DNA of 64,000 nucleotides, from contig NHCG01000002.1 of NCBI GenBank assembly GCA_002167715.1, positions 987 to 64,986 on the forward strand. Direction: 5' to 3'. The translations under genes and the position numbers were made by a program. The notes under the pieces were generated by a model. The model did not search any database and had not been told where the DNA came from. It was given only the letters and a program-made list of their open reading frames with translations. Position 1 is the first letter of the stretch; each line of letters opens with the position of its first letter. This document shows positions 35,791 through 47,474 of this stretch, one piece after another. Source of the stretch: Micavibrio sp. TMED27 (GTDB lineage: Bacteria > Pseudomonadota > Alphaproteobacteria > Micavibrionales > Micavibrionaceae).

Positions 35791-36906
35791 ATGAACGCAA
35801 TACCTCTGAATACCGAGGAAAAGGCATTGTCTGTAGTTGCTGTATCTTCCGTTCAGGATGCTGCTGCCATGTGGATGGAGGTCGTCCTCAATTCATCTCA
35901 TGCATGGTACAGACACACCCACCATCTAGCTGAGTTTCATCGCTGCGTTGCTGAAGATAAGCAGCTAAATGAATTATCATTCTTCATTAAAAAAGATGAT
36001 CAGATCATAGGATTAGCCCCTTTACTAGCCATCAAGTCGTCAGCGGGTTATCTAGAATTAAGCTATAATGGGTCTCCAACACCATGGCCCTGCTTCATTG
36101 ATGAATATCAAAAGGACATCAAAGACTTAGAAGATTTTACTTTTTCTTATATAGAAAAACTTTGCAGTGATCATGACATAGAACGCTCAATTTTTGGGTT
36201 AAACAGTCCAAAATTAAGCCATGGCCTACATAAACAATCTGTACACAATGTGACCAATGCTCATCACTATATTGATGCTTCATTCAAAAGCCATTTGGTT
36301 CATGTGGATGATGAATCGCCTGCACGGATACGCGCAAGTTACCGGCGAAATATTAGAAAGTTTTCTAAGAAATATGAAGCGCAAAGCTATACAGGCTTAG
36401 CAGTCACCGATGAGATTGAGGATATCTATTTCAAACTGCATGTCAAAGATGCTGGCGGACAATTTCGTTCACGAGAAAGCTATACAAAAATGGCAGATCT
36501 TGCCCGTAATAATGAGGCTGCATTTATTGTCGCACGTGAGAAAGAGACATCAAAAGTCGTTGGTGTTCTAGTCATCGCAACTTTTAAAAACGCAGCTTAT
36601 GATAGTTCCGTTTCGATTGATCCAGATTATCATCAAGATTACATCTCACATATTCTAAAGATGGAAGCCCTTCGTTTTTTAAATGAACATAAAATTGAGC
36701 ACTATGAGCTCGGTCAAATTTTTGACCAGCCTTCTATGGGTTTCATTCCCGATAGAAAACAAAAAAGCATCAGCTTTTTTAAAGAAGGCTTTGCCCGCGG
36801 AAATGAAAAAACATCTTATGTGACTGAGCGATATTTCTCTGAACAATCTTTGAAAAGTAAAATTGAGCAAACAGAAAAGAACCTCCTGACCTACTTCAAA
36901 TTATAA
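35791..36906 (+). CDS. FemAB-like / GNAT-fold acyl(aminoacyl)transferase (putative)
   Basis: SYRRNIRKFSKKYEAQ, plus the later ...AAFIVAREKETSKVVGVLVIATFKNAAYDSS... and ...HYELGQ. This architecture is shared with the 55350 ORF. Confidence 0.45.
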   Translation: MNAIPLNTEEKALSVVAVSSVQDAAAMWMEVVLNSSHAWYRHTHHLAEFHRCVAEDKQLNELSFFIKKDDQIIGLAPLLAIKSSAGYLELSYNGSPTPWPCFIDEYQKDIKDLEDFTFSYIEKLCSDHDIERSIFGLNSPKLSHGLHKQSVHNVTNAHHYIDASFKSHLVHVDDESPARIRASYRRNIRKFSKKYEAQSYTGLAVTDEIEDIYFKLHVKDAGGQFRSRESYTKMADLARNNEAAFIVAREKETSKVVGVLVIATFKNAAYDSSVSIDPDYHQDYISHILKMEALRFLNEHKIEHYELGQIFDQPSMGFIPDRKQKSISFFKEGFARGNEKTSYVTERYFSEQSLKSKIEQTEKNLLTYFKL

Positions 36907-36920
36907 AAAGCGAAGAGCCC

Positions 36921-37637
36921 ATGAAAGAACATATTAAACAAACACAGCTTTTTCACGAAAAAGACTATGAAAAACAAGGATTAAAAGCCCAAAGGAATTA
37001 TCCAAACGAAGAATTATGCCGTTTTATGGGTCGTCATTTTTTCTCCAAACCTAGAGAGGAACGCTCAAAAATTAATATTCTTGAAACCGGCTGTGGTAGT
37101 GGCGCTAATCTCTGGATGATTGCTTATGAAGGCTTCAACACAACGGGTTTAGATATCTCGGAACAAGGATTAAAACTCTGTGAAGAGCGATTAAAGTCAA
37201 TGGGTTTGGAAGCACAATATCTTTGCGCTTCTATGACTGACATTCCTAGTGACGATCAAGAGTTTGATGCCATTATTGATGTGTTTTCATCACACTGTTT
37301 AGATCTTCAAGACAAAGAACAGTACATGAATGAAATCAGTAGGCTTCTAAAAAAAGACGGCCTTTTCTTTAGTTATCATCCGTCTAAAAACTCAAAGGCC
37401 TTTATAGATCATGCACCAGCGAAACTAACAGATGCGTCTACGCTCAATGGAATCCTTCGTGAAGGTAGTGCTTTTTATCGCTATGAAAATAGCTTTGCCT
37501 TTTTGTCGCCTGAAGAATATAGCGCACTAGCACAAAATGCTGGCCTAAAAACAATATATCTGGAAACTGTTGGCCGTACCTATCGCAACCAAGACGAATA
37601 TTTTGAATTCGTAACCGCAGTTTTTCAAAAGTTATAG
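36921..37637 (+). CDS. Class I SAM-dependent methyltransferase
   Basis: Motif I ILETGCGSGANL, plus post-I/II LDIS and FDAIIDVFSSHCL. Confidence 0.8.
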   Translation: MKEHIKQTQLFHEKDYEKQGLKAQRNYPNEELCRFMGRHFFSKPREERSKINILETGCGSGANLWMIAYEGFNTTGLDISEQGLKLCEERLKSMGLEAQYLCASMTDIPSDDQEFDAIIDVFSSHCLDLQDKEQYMNEISRLLKKDGLFFSYHPSKNSKAFIDHAPAKLTDASTLNGILREGSAFYRYENSFAFLSPEEYSALAQNAGLKTIYLETVGRTYRNQDEYFEFVTAVFQKL

Positions 37638-38354
37638 GCCTAGTCTCTGCTGTATCAGCTGCGCATAAGCTTTAAAAATATTACCCGGTAAGGCACCAAC
37701 AGCTGGAACGTCATCAAACGCTTCTTGATTTGATATGAGCGTTGATTGCTCATTCTTTTTTGTCGTTGCAATGAAGTAATACGCTACATTCGGATATTTC
37801 TTTGATACTTTTTCAATTACATCCTGCCACCATTCTGGAGGTTGAATTGTGGCATGTGCATTTTCACCATTTGGTAAAATGGTTTTTGCCGGATAGCATG
37901 CTATATTTGCAAAAACAAACTTCTCTGCTTTTTCAAACATTTCAGAGATAATCCATTCAATATCATCCTGTGAGCAATGCTCTAGAACATCCGTTGAAAT
38001 CACTCCATCAAATTTACCTTCGGGCCATTTATTAAATGGCTGGTAACCTGCATCATAACATGTCTCTTTTATGCCCCAATACACTGAAACACTTGGATAC
38101 ATTTTACCCTTAGCTACTTTCACACGCATATTGGTATATTGCATACCCTTACCCGCACCATAATCTAGCAACGTTTTAGCACCATGGCGTTCAATAGCCG
38201 CTTTAATAAAACCAATATGCGGCCATAAACTTTTACCTGGATATACATCCTTTGCCCAATTCTCGTTATCAGATGAGTTATGGTGGTCTTTATAAAGCGC
38301 TGCCAACCTTAAATATTCAGGACTAGGGTTTTCACGTGAATAAGCTAAGCTCAT
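37632..38354 (-). CDS. SAM-dependent methyltransferase (putative)
   Basis: LLDYGAGKGMQY and FDGVISTDVLEH. Confidence 0.65.
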   Translation of the reverse strand: MSLAYSRENPSPEYLRLAALYKDHHNSSDNENWAKDVYPGKSLWPHIGFIKAAIERHGAKTLLDYGAGKGMQYTNMRVKVAKGKMYPSVSVYWGIKETCYDAGYQPFNKWPEGKFDGVISTDVLEHCSQDDIEWIISEMFEKAEKFVFANIACYPAKTILPNGENAHATIQPPEWWQDVIEKVSKKYPNVAYYFIATTKKNEQSTLISNQEAFDDVPAVGALPGNIFKAYAQLIQQRLGL

Positions 38355-38374
38355 GTGTCTAAGGTATCCTTGTG

Positions 38375-39610
38375 TTAGGGATCTAAAATACTATTTAAAA
38401 CATCTACAATTTTTTGATTAGGTGATTCAAGCTTTTTAGAGATATGATTCACCATATTATTTTGAGCCTCTATTACTTGCGGCATTTTTGCGCGGCTAAG
38501 TCTTTCTTCTATTTCATCAAGATTACGGATATCAAGTACTCCATCAAATAAACAAAATAGATTATCTACATCGTATCCTTTTTGATCTAAATCTATGACC
38601 AAAAGTGGTTTTTCAAGCCATGCTGCCAATACGCCAACGTTACTCGATTCCACACATGTCGCTTCACAAAATTGAATCAACTTCATGTTGTTTTCATCGC
38701 CCTTTAATTCACTTAAAATATGAATATTGGCACGCGAAAAAGTCTGCGCCCATGTTATGAGTTCATTTTTTGCTTCTACAGTCATGCGCGGATGAATTTT
38801 AAGAATAAATGATAAATCACCATAATATTTTTCTAACGATTCAATATAAGTTTTTAAGGTCGCCAACTGCTGCTCAGAAAAAGATAGGTGCGATGAAAAG
38901 AATACAAATGCCTTATCATTTTTATTAATCTCTATTCCAAACTCCATCAAATCGTCATGCCCTAATGGCGCTTGCAAAGCAGAGTGTATTAGATGTTCAT
39001 AATTAGGATTGCCAGTTATAAAGATATTCTGCTCAGGGATACCTAAACGCGAATAATATTCCTTAAAATCTTCTCCAGTAACTGTATAATATTTTAGATT
39101 TTCTGGCCCACGTACAACTCTGTGATATGAACCGCCAAATATACGGTCCGTCCACGGCCTAAGTGTATTTATTCTTGGAACCGGAAATGGAATAGTCTCC
39201 TTATATTTATGAATAAGATATCTTTTTTCATCATTACCCAGACCAGGCTGACAAACCAACGAGGGCTTCCATGCACTCACCATATGTTGAAAAGGCCTGC
39301 CGTCTCTAGGTACTATGACGGCATCATATCCACGCACAGTAAACCCACTCCACAACCAGCCATATATCCATATTAGGGGACGAAATATAGGATGCTCAAT
39401 TAGACGAATAAGAGGTCTTAAAAGCGGTTTATAATAAATATTAAAACAAGTTGAATTAGCCAAAGATTGGTACTTCGTATGCACATCTGGGCAACACGTG
39501 ATCATATCAACCCGGAAGCCTTGCTGTATCAATATTGGAATTAAATGAAGAAAATATCCAAATAAATGATAATCATAATAGAGTGCAATAAGGATTCGTT
39601 TTTTGTTCAT
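38375..39610 (-). CDS. Hypothetical GT-B-like protein with a K-x-H-P motif
   Basis: KAFVFFSSH ... FILKIHPRM ... ATCVESSNVGVLAAWLEKPLLVI. No family assigned. Confidence 0.4.
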   Translation of the reverse strand: MNKKRILIALYYDYHLFGYFLHLIPILIQQGFRVDMITCCPDVHTKYQSLANSTCFNIYYKPLLRPLIRLIEHPIFRPLIWIYGWLWSGFTVRGYDAVIVPRDGRPFQHMVSAWKPSLVCQPGLGNDEKRYLIHKYKETIPFPVPRINTLRPWTDRIFGGSYHRVVRGPENLKYYTVTGEDFKEYYSRLGIPEQNIFITGNPNYEHLIHSALQAPLGHDDLMEFGIEINKNDKAFVFFSSHLSFSEQQLATLKTYIESLEKYYGDLSFILKIHPRMTVEAKNELITWAQTFSRANIHILSELKGDENNMKLIQFCEATCVESSNVGVLAAWLEKPLLVIDLDQKGYDVDNLFCLFDGVLDIRNLDEIEERLSRAKMPQVIEAQNNMVNHISKKLESPNQKIVDVLNSILDP

Positions 39611-39683
39611 AAATACAGACTTTTCCTTTTTTCAGGGCTATAAAATGTGTAAAAGATAATCTTCCAAGATTCAATGATAGAAC

Positions 39684-41093
39684 ATGACAATTATTAAGAC
39701 GCTACAAAAGTTTAAGTTTCTCTGGTTTCCACTCAGAGCCATATGGAGAGCTGTCTCTCATCGCTCATGGTTTATGCCTTTTTTGCTACTTTACCTCAAA
39801 CTCCGCGTTAAAAGATTTCAAGATAGACCCGCAAAAAAAGACGCTAAAATAAAAGTGCTCGCCGTTCACTCACCGCGCTATGTACCTGATCAAGAATGTT
39901 TATCCGAACATCCAGACATGGAAATATGGGTATTACCGCACGATGTCCAAGCACTCATCAATAGTATTTTCATCAGAGATCAAGCCAAACTTTTAGAGGG
40001 TTTGGATGCCATAGAAACATCACGTGTATTCAGAGAAGGTGAAATCCCACAAATCAAAGAAGGCCGAGAAAGATTACAAAAATATCTGGAACGTTTTTTA
40101 CCCAAAGCTATGCGTCTTTTAAAAGTTGATGGCATGATGAGTTGTAGCTTTTTCTATCTTCTTGACCTTGATTGGCAAATTGCGTGCACCAAAACTCATA
40201 TTCCTTTCTTTGCGCTTCACAAAGAAAATATGCAAGACCCTGTCGTACATGAGCATATGATCAAACGTTATTCAGACATGCATTTGAAATTCGAAGGACA
40301 ACGTCTCTTCTTATATAATGGCCTTGTAAAAAAAGTGCTCATGGGTGCGCATATTTGTGATGAAGAAATTACACGTATTGTTGGTGCCTGCCGTATGGAT
40401 GCCCTAATCAACAAAGTGCAAAATAATCAATGTGCATCTCCAAAAAGACAAGTCACCCTTTTTTCATCGCATCATGCAATTGGTCTTCTCTCACTAAAAG
40501 ATCATAAAGGCTATTTCTCAAACGATCGAAATGATGGGTTTGTAAATTATTTTGATCAAGTACATGGCAATATGGTTTTATTTGCCAAACAAAACCCAGA
40601 TGTAACCGTATATATCAAGCCCAAATGGGGAGGACGCTGGCTAGAAGAGATTAAAAGCGCAGCTAAACGCATCGCCAATATTGATCTAGATAATGAAGAT
40701 ATCCCGAACCTTCATATTGTATGGGATACACCGGCGCAGCAATTAATCGAAGAGTCTGCGGTTATCGTAGGGATCAATTCTACAACGCTCTTAGAAAGTT
40801 TAATTGTTGGCCGCAGGGTTGTGGTGCCACTCTTCGAAGAAGCCGCAGATAAATATTACGATAGACACGTCTATTTCAAAAAATACCAAGATGTTGTTTT
40901 TAATGTCGTACGTGCCCCTAATGAACTTAGCCAGACTCTTTTAGATGAGCTAAACGAAAAAATTCCCGCGCGCGACCTTCCAAAAGAAATTATTGAAGAT
41001 TATCTTGGATATTTTGATGATCAGGCCGCTAATCGCGTTGTAGAACAGATGAAAATGGATGTTCAAAACCTTAACGCGAAAAAAGCTAAATAA
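39684..41093 (+). CDS. Hypothetical GT-B-like protein
   Basis: RQVTLFSSH ... VTVYIKPKWGG ... SAVIVGINSTTLLESLIVGRRVVVP. No family assigned. Confidence 0.35.
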   Translation: MTIIKTLQKFKFLWFPLRAIWRAVSHRSWFMPFLLLYLKLRVKRFQDRPAKKDAKIKVLAVHSPRYVPDQECLSEHPDMEIWVLPHDVQALINSIFIRDQAKLLEGLDAIETSRVFREGEIPQIKEGRERLQKYLERFLPKAMRLLKVDGMMSCSFFYLLDLDWQIACTKTHIPFFALHKENMQDPVVHEHMIKRYSDMHLKFEGQRLFLYNGLVKKVLMGAHICDEEITRIVGACRMDALINKVQNNQCASPKRQVTLFSSHHAIGLLSLKDHKGYFSNDRNDGFVNYFDQVHGNMVLFAKQNPDVTVYIKPKWGGRWLEEIKSAAKRIANIDLDNEDIPNLHIVWDTPAQQLIEESAVIVGINSTTLLESLIVGRRVVVPLFEEAADKYYDRHVYFKKYQDVVFNVVRAPNELSQTLLDELNEKIPARDLPKEIIEDYLGYFDDQAANRVVEQMKMDVQNLNAKKAK

Positions 41094-41124
41094 TCTATTT
41101 GTCTTCTATCATGTTTCTCACTAA

Positions 41125-43364
<2,240 letters not shown>

Positions 43365-43375
<11 letters not shown>

Positions 43376-44279
43376 TGCGGACTTTTTTGAACAAACATGC
43401 TTGGGAACTGTTCAATTTGGTTTAAATTACGGTGTTAGTAATAAAAATGGCCAAATCGCAGGTGCAGATGTTCAAAGGATTCTAGAACTTGCCCATCACT
43501 ACAATGTATCACGCCTAGATACAGCTGCTGATTACGGAGATTGTGAACGCGTTTTATCAAAATATCCGGAGACATTACAAAATTTCTCTATTGCAACGAA
43601 ATCTATTAAAACGTCTAACATTCAGGAAAAAAAATTTTCAAAAATCAAAACTGATTTAATAGAATCACTAGAAACAAGCTTAGACATACTCGGTATGAAA
43701 TCATTTGATTTATATTACCTAAGAAGCCCAGAGACATTGTTTCAATATCACCGTGAAGATACATCTAAATATATAGCTGAAATAAAAGAAAAGGGTTTGG
43801 TTAACAAAATCGGCATTTCTATATATGAAGAAAAACAACTCAATGACATTCTAGAAGTCTTCCAACCCGATGTCATACAAATCCCGTTTAATATATTAGA
43901 TCAACGCTTAAGCAAGTCAGGGACACTCAAAAGTCTAAAAGCAAAGGGAATAGACATATATGCCCGCTCACTTTTCCTTCAGGGCCTTCTTTTGATGCAG
44001 CCAGATCAAATACCGAATTTCTTTAGGCCTATTAAATCGCATCTTCAACAAATTCATTCGCAGCTCACTGAATATAGCCTATCCTCTTTACAAGCTTGCT
44101 TACTCTGTGCATTTCAAACAAAGGAAATTGATAAAATCATTCTAGGCGTTTCCTCCCTTAAAGAATGGAAAGAAATTTTAAAAACGATTGAAGAATTACC
44201 AAATCAGCCACTTGATTGGTCATCCATGAGTCTGGATAATGAAACATTCTTAAACCCTTCAAAATGGGAAGTTAATTAA
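43365..44279 (+). CDS. Aldo/keto reductase
   Basis: LGTVQFGLNYG, RLDTAADYGDCE and a (beta/alpha)8-type pattern. Confidence 0.7.
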
Positions 44280-46306
44280 TGACAACCATCGCAATGATAC
44301 AAGCCCGCATGAGCTCTTCTCGCCTGCCTGGTAAAGTGCTGATGGATTTAAATGGTCAAACTGTTCTGCAATATATCGTCTCTGCAGCGCAGAGAGTAAA
44401 AAATATCGACAAAGTCGTAGTCGTAACCTCTACCGAAGATGATGATAATGCTATTCAAGAATGGTGCTCTGAAAACAATGTAGAGTGCTACAGAGATAGC
44501 TTACATGATGTGCTAAAACGCTATTTCGGCGCCGCTCAACATTATAATGCAGAAACAATTATACGGTTAACAGCTGACTGCCCGCTTTTAGATCCCTCAA
44601 TCATAGAGCAGCTCATTGTTTTTTATGAGATGAACGGCGCTGATTACTGCAGTAACGTGGCACTCGCCACATGGCCGGATGGCATGGATTGTGAAATTTT
44701 TTCAATGTCTTCTTTAAAGCGCGCCCATGAAGAGGCCACCTTACCTGAAGACCGCGAGCATGTTACGCGTTATATTCATCGAAATCGCTCTATCTTCGAC
44801 GTTCGTAACCTACCCTGTCCTCTGGGAGATCTCTCTGATCACCGCTGGACATTAGATACCCCGCAAGATTTCGAATTTTTAAAACAGCTCTTACCGTTAT
44901 TGCCTAAAAACCCATCTTACACAGATATTTTAAGCACATTGAAAACGCTGCCTAAATTAGACATTAAAAATAATCAACCTCGTGTCACCATAAAGCAATC
45001 ATCGAACACAAATCGCTCATATGAACGTTCACAAAAACTTTTAGAGCGTGCAGAGAAAACAATCCCACTCGGCACACAAACATTCTCAAAAAGCCGTTTA
45101 TCTTGCGCCCCAGGACACGCGCCTTTATTTGCATCACATGGTCGTGGTGGACGTATATGGGATGTCGATGGAAACGAATATATTGATATGGTTATGGGCC
45201 TGCTTCCCACCTCTTTAGGCTATGCCGATCCAGATATTGACCATGCTATTAAAACGCAGCTTGATAAAGGTATTACCTTTAGTTTAGCGACAGAGCTGGA
45301 ATATAGACTTGCTGAAAAAATTACTGAGCATGTCCCTTGCGCAGAAAAAGTCAGGTTTGGGAAAAACGGTAGCGATGCAACCTCCGCAGCAATTCGCCTA
45401 GCACGTGCATTCACAGATCGGGATCATATAATCGTTTGCGGATACCATGGTTGGCAAGACTGGTACATAGGAAGTACTGCACGTCATAAAGGTGTTCCGC
45501 AAGCAGTACGAGATCTAACACATAAAGTGGACTTTAATGACTTAGATCAAGTCGAAGCGTTATTAAATAAACATCCAAATAAATTCGCTGCTCTGATTAT
45601 GGAGCCTATGAATGTAGCTCTCCCGAATGAGAATTATCTGCAAGATCTTAAAACACTTCTTCATAAACATGACACGCTCTTGATCTTTGATGAGGTTATT
45701 ACAGGTTTCCGCTATGCTATTGGCGGAGCGCAAGAATATTTTGGTGTAACGCCTGACCTCACAGCACTTGGTAAAGGCATGGCAAACGGGATGCCACTCT
45801 CAGCCATTACTGGACGCAATGACGTCATGGATGAAATGGAGAATATCTTTTTCTCTGGTACGTTTGGAGGGGAGGCTCTGTCTTTAGCAGCGTCTATTGC
45901 GGTCATTGATAAAATTAAAAATCAACCCGTGATCCAAACACTCTGGAAATCTGGAGAAACTATAAAAGACGGATTAAATAGGCTTTTTTCTCAACATGGT
46001 CTGTCAGAGTTAATCAAACTATGTGGTTTAGCGCCATGGCAAATTTTACAATTCGCTAGCTATGGTGAGTATAGTCCTGCGCAAATCAAAACATTCTTTG
46101 TTCATGAGCTATTCAAACGAGGCGTGCTGAGTTTTGGTTCGTATAATATTTGCTATGCACATTCGGCGCAGGATATACAAAATCTGTTACAAGCACATGA
46201 TAATGTGCTGAGCCTTTTAAAAACACATCTGCAAAATAAAACACTTTCCGATTATATGGATTATCCGACAATACAGCCTGTTTTTGAAGTCAGAAAAAAT
46301 GCATGA
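44279..46306 (+). CDS. Fusion protein: SpsF-type cytidylyltransferase (N) + class-III aminotransferase resembling glutamate-1-semialdehyde 2,1-aminomutase (C)
   Basis: N-terminal part: MIQARMSSSRLPGKVL and RLTADCPL. C-terminal part: GKNGSDATSAAIRLARAFT, ALIMEPM, LIFDEVITGFR and ALGKGMANGMP. Confidence 0.8.
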   Translation: MTTIAMIQARMSSSRLPGKVLMDLNGQTVLQYIVSAAQRVKNIDKVVVVTSTEDDDNAIQEWCSENNVECYRDSLHDVLKRYFGAAQHYNAETIIRLTADCPLLDPSIIEQLIVFYEMNGADYCSNVALATWPDGMDCEIFSMSSLKRAHEEATLPEDREHVTRYIHRNRSIFDVRNLPCPLGDLSDHRWTLDTPQDFEFLKQLLPLLPKNPSYTDILSTLKTLPKLDIKNNQPRVTIKQSSNTNRSYERSQKLLERAEKTIPLGTQTFSKSRLSCAPGHAPLFASHGRGGRIWDVDGNEYIDMVMGLLPTSLGYADPDIDHAIKTQLDKGITFSLATELEYRLAEKITEHVPCAEKVRFGKNGSDATSAAIRLARAFTDRDHIIVCGYHGWQDWYIGSTARHKGVPQAVRDLTHKVDFNDLDQVEALLNKHPNKFAALIMEPMNVALPNENYLQDLKTLLHKHDTLLIFDEVITGFRYAIGGAQEYFGVTPDLTALGKGMANGMPLSAITGRNDVMDEMENIFFSGTFGGEALSLAASIAVIDKIKNQPVIQTLWKSGETIKDGLNRLFSQHGLSELIKLCGLAPWQILQFASYGEYSPAQIKTFFVHELFKRGVLSFGSYNICYAHSAQDIQNLLQAHDNVLSLLKTHLQNKTLSDYMDYPTIQPVFEVRKNA

Positions 46307-46754
46307 TTTTTCTCTAAGAAATGCGCAAATAAAAGATAGCGAAGATGTATTTTCATGGCGCAATGATCCCCATAGCCGTTCAATGTTTATTGAGCAAGAA
46401 AAAGTGACTTGGGAAACACATCAAAACTGGTTCAAAAAATCGTTAGAAAACCCAATGCGTCTTATATTGATTGCTACAAGTGATCAAAAAAATATAGCTG
46501 TTATACGATTTGATTTTTTATCCACTTCGAAAAATCACGCGGTTATTTCTATTAATCTTAAACCCGAATGTCGTGGAAAGGGCATAGCTGTTCCGCTGCT
46601 CATAGAAGCCGAGAAATTTTTACCAAAAGACTGTTCAAAAATATCAGCCGAAATAAAACAAGAAAATAGTGCTTCTATTAAATCCTTTGAACGTGCTGGC
46701 TATTCCATTACTATATCTGGCGAAAATATAGTTACATATACTAAAACCCTCTAA
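46299..46754 (+). CDS. pseH: GNAT N-acetyltransferase, PseH-like
   Basis: LRNAQIKDSEDVFSWRNDPHSRSMF...THQNWF and CRGKGIAV. ATG 46299 overlaps the upstream stop (ATGCATGA). The listed TTG 46284 is the alternative start. Confidence 0.6.
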   Translation: MHDFSLRNAQIKDSEDVFSWRNDPHSRSMFIEQEKVTWETHQNWFKKSLENPMRLILIATSDQKNIAVIRFDFLSTSKNHAVISINLKPECRGKGIAVPLLIEAEKFLPKDCSKISAEIKQENSASIKSFERAGYSITISGENIVTYTKTL

Positions 46755-46769
46755 TTAATGAGCATTTAA

Positions 46770-47474
46770 ATGAGCAAAAATATTCTCGTAATAGCCGCAC
46801 ATCCCGATGATGAGATTTTAGGATGCGGAGGAGCCATGGCTAAACACATCGCCAATGGTGATCATGTGAGTGTTGTCATTATGGCAGAGGGGTTAACAAG
46901 CCGCTATAACACACGTGAAGAAGCCTTCGCAGCAAAAGACGAAATGGCGGAAGAACTCGAAGAATTAAAAAATATTGCTCGTAAAGCAAATGAAAAATTG
47001 GGCGTCAAAGATGTCAATTTTGAAGGTTTCCCAGATAATAGAATGGATAGCGTTGATCTATTAGATATCGTTAAGCGCGTTGAACATCATGTTCAAAGAG
47101 TGAAACCTGATATTATCTATACGCATCATGCAGGGGATGTAAATATAGACCATCAGCAAATCCACGATGCTGTGGTCACTGCATCTAGACCTATGCCAGG
47201 TGGGCTAAAACCGACAATTCTATTCTTTGAAGTTGCCTCAAGTACCCATTGGCAGCCCCCTATTTCTAAGCCTGCATTTGCACCAACCTGGTTTACCGAC
47301 ATTAGTGATTTCCTGGATCAAAAAATTGAAGCGCTTGCCGTTTATGAAGGTGAAATGAGACCATGGCCCCATGCACGCTCATTAAAAGCCCTAGAACATT
47401 TAGCCAGATGGAACGGTGCGAATATAGGTGTAGAAGCCGCAGAGAACTTTATTCTTGGAAGACACTGTGACTAA
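46770..47474 (+). CDS. PIG-L/LmbE-family deacetylase
   Basis: VIAAHPDDEILGCGG and HHAGDVNIDH. Confidence 0.85.
   Translation: MSKNILVIAAHPDDEILGCGGAMAKHIANGDHVSVVIMAEGLTSRYNTREEAFAAKDEMAEELEELKNIARKANEKLGVKDVNFEGFPDNRMDSVDLLDIVKRVEHHVQRVKPDIIYTHHAGDVNIDHQQIHDAVVTASRPMPGGLKPTILFFEVASSTHWQPPISKPAFAPTWFTDISDFLDQKIEALAVYEGEMRPWPHARSLKALEHLARWNGANIGVEAAENFILGRHCD

Noticed and set aside
37632-37637. Convergent genes whose stop codons overlap: TTATAG at 37632..37637 and TTAA at 63023..63026.
   Set aside because: This is real, but it is a common consequence of tight packing. No hairpin or other signal suggests a function beyond possible transcriptional interference.
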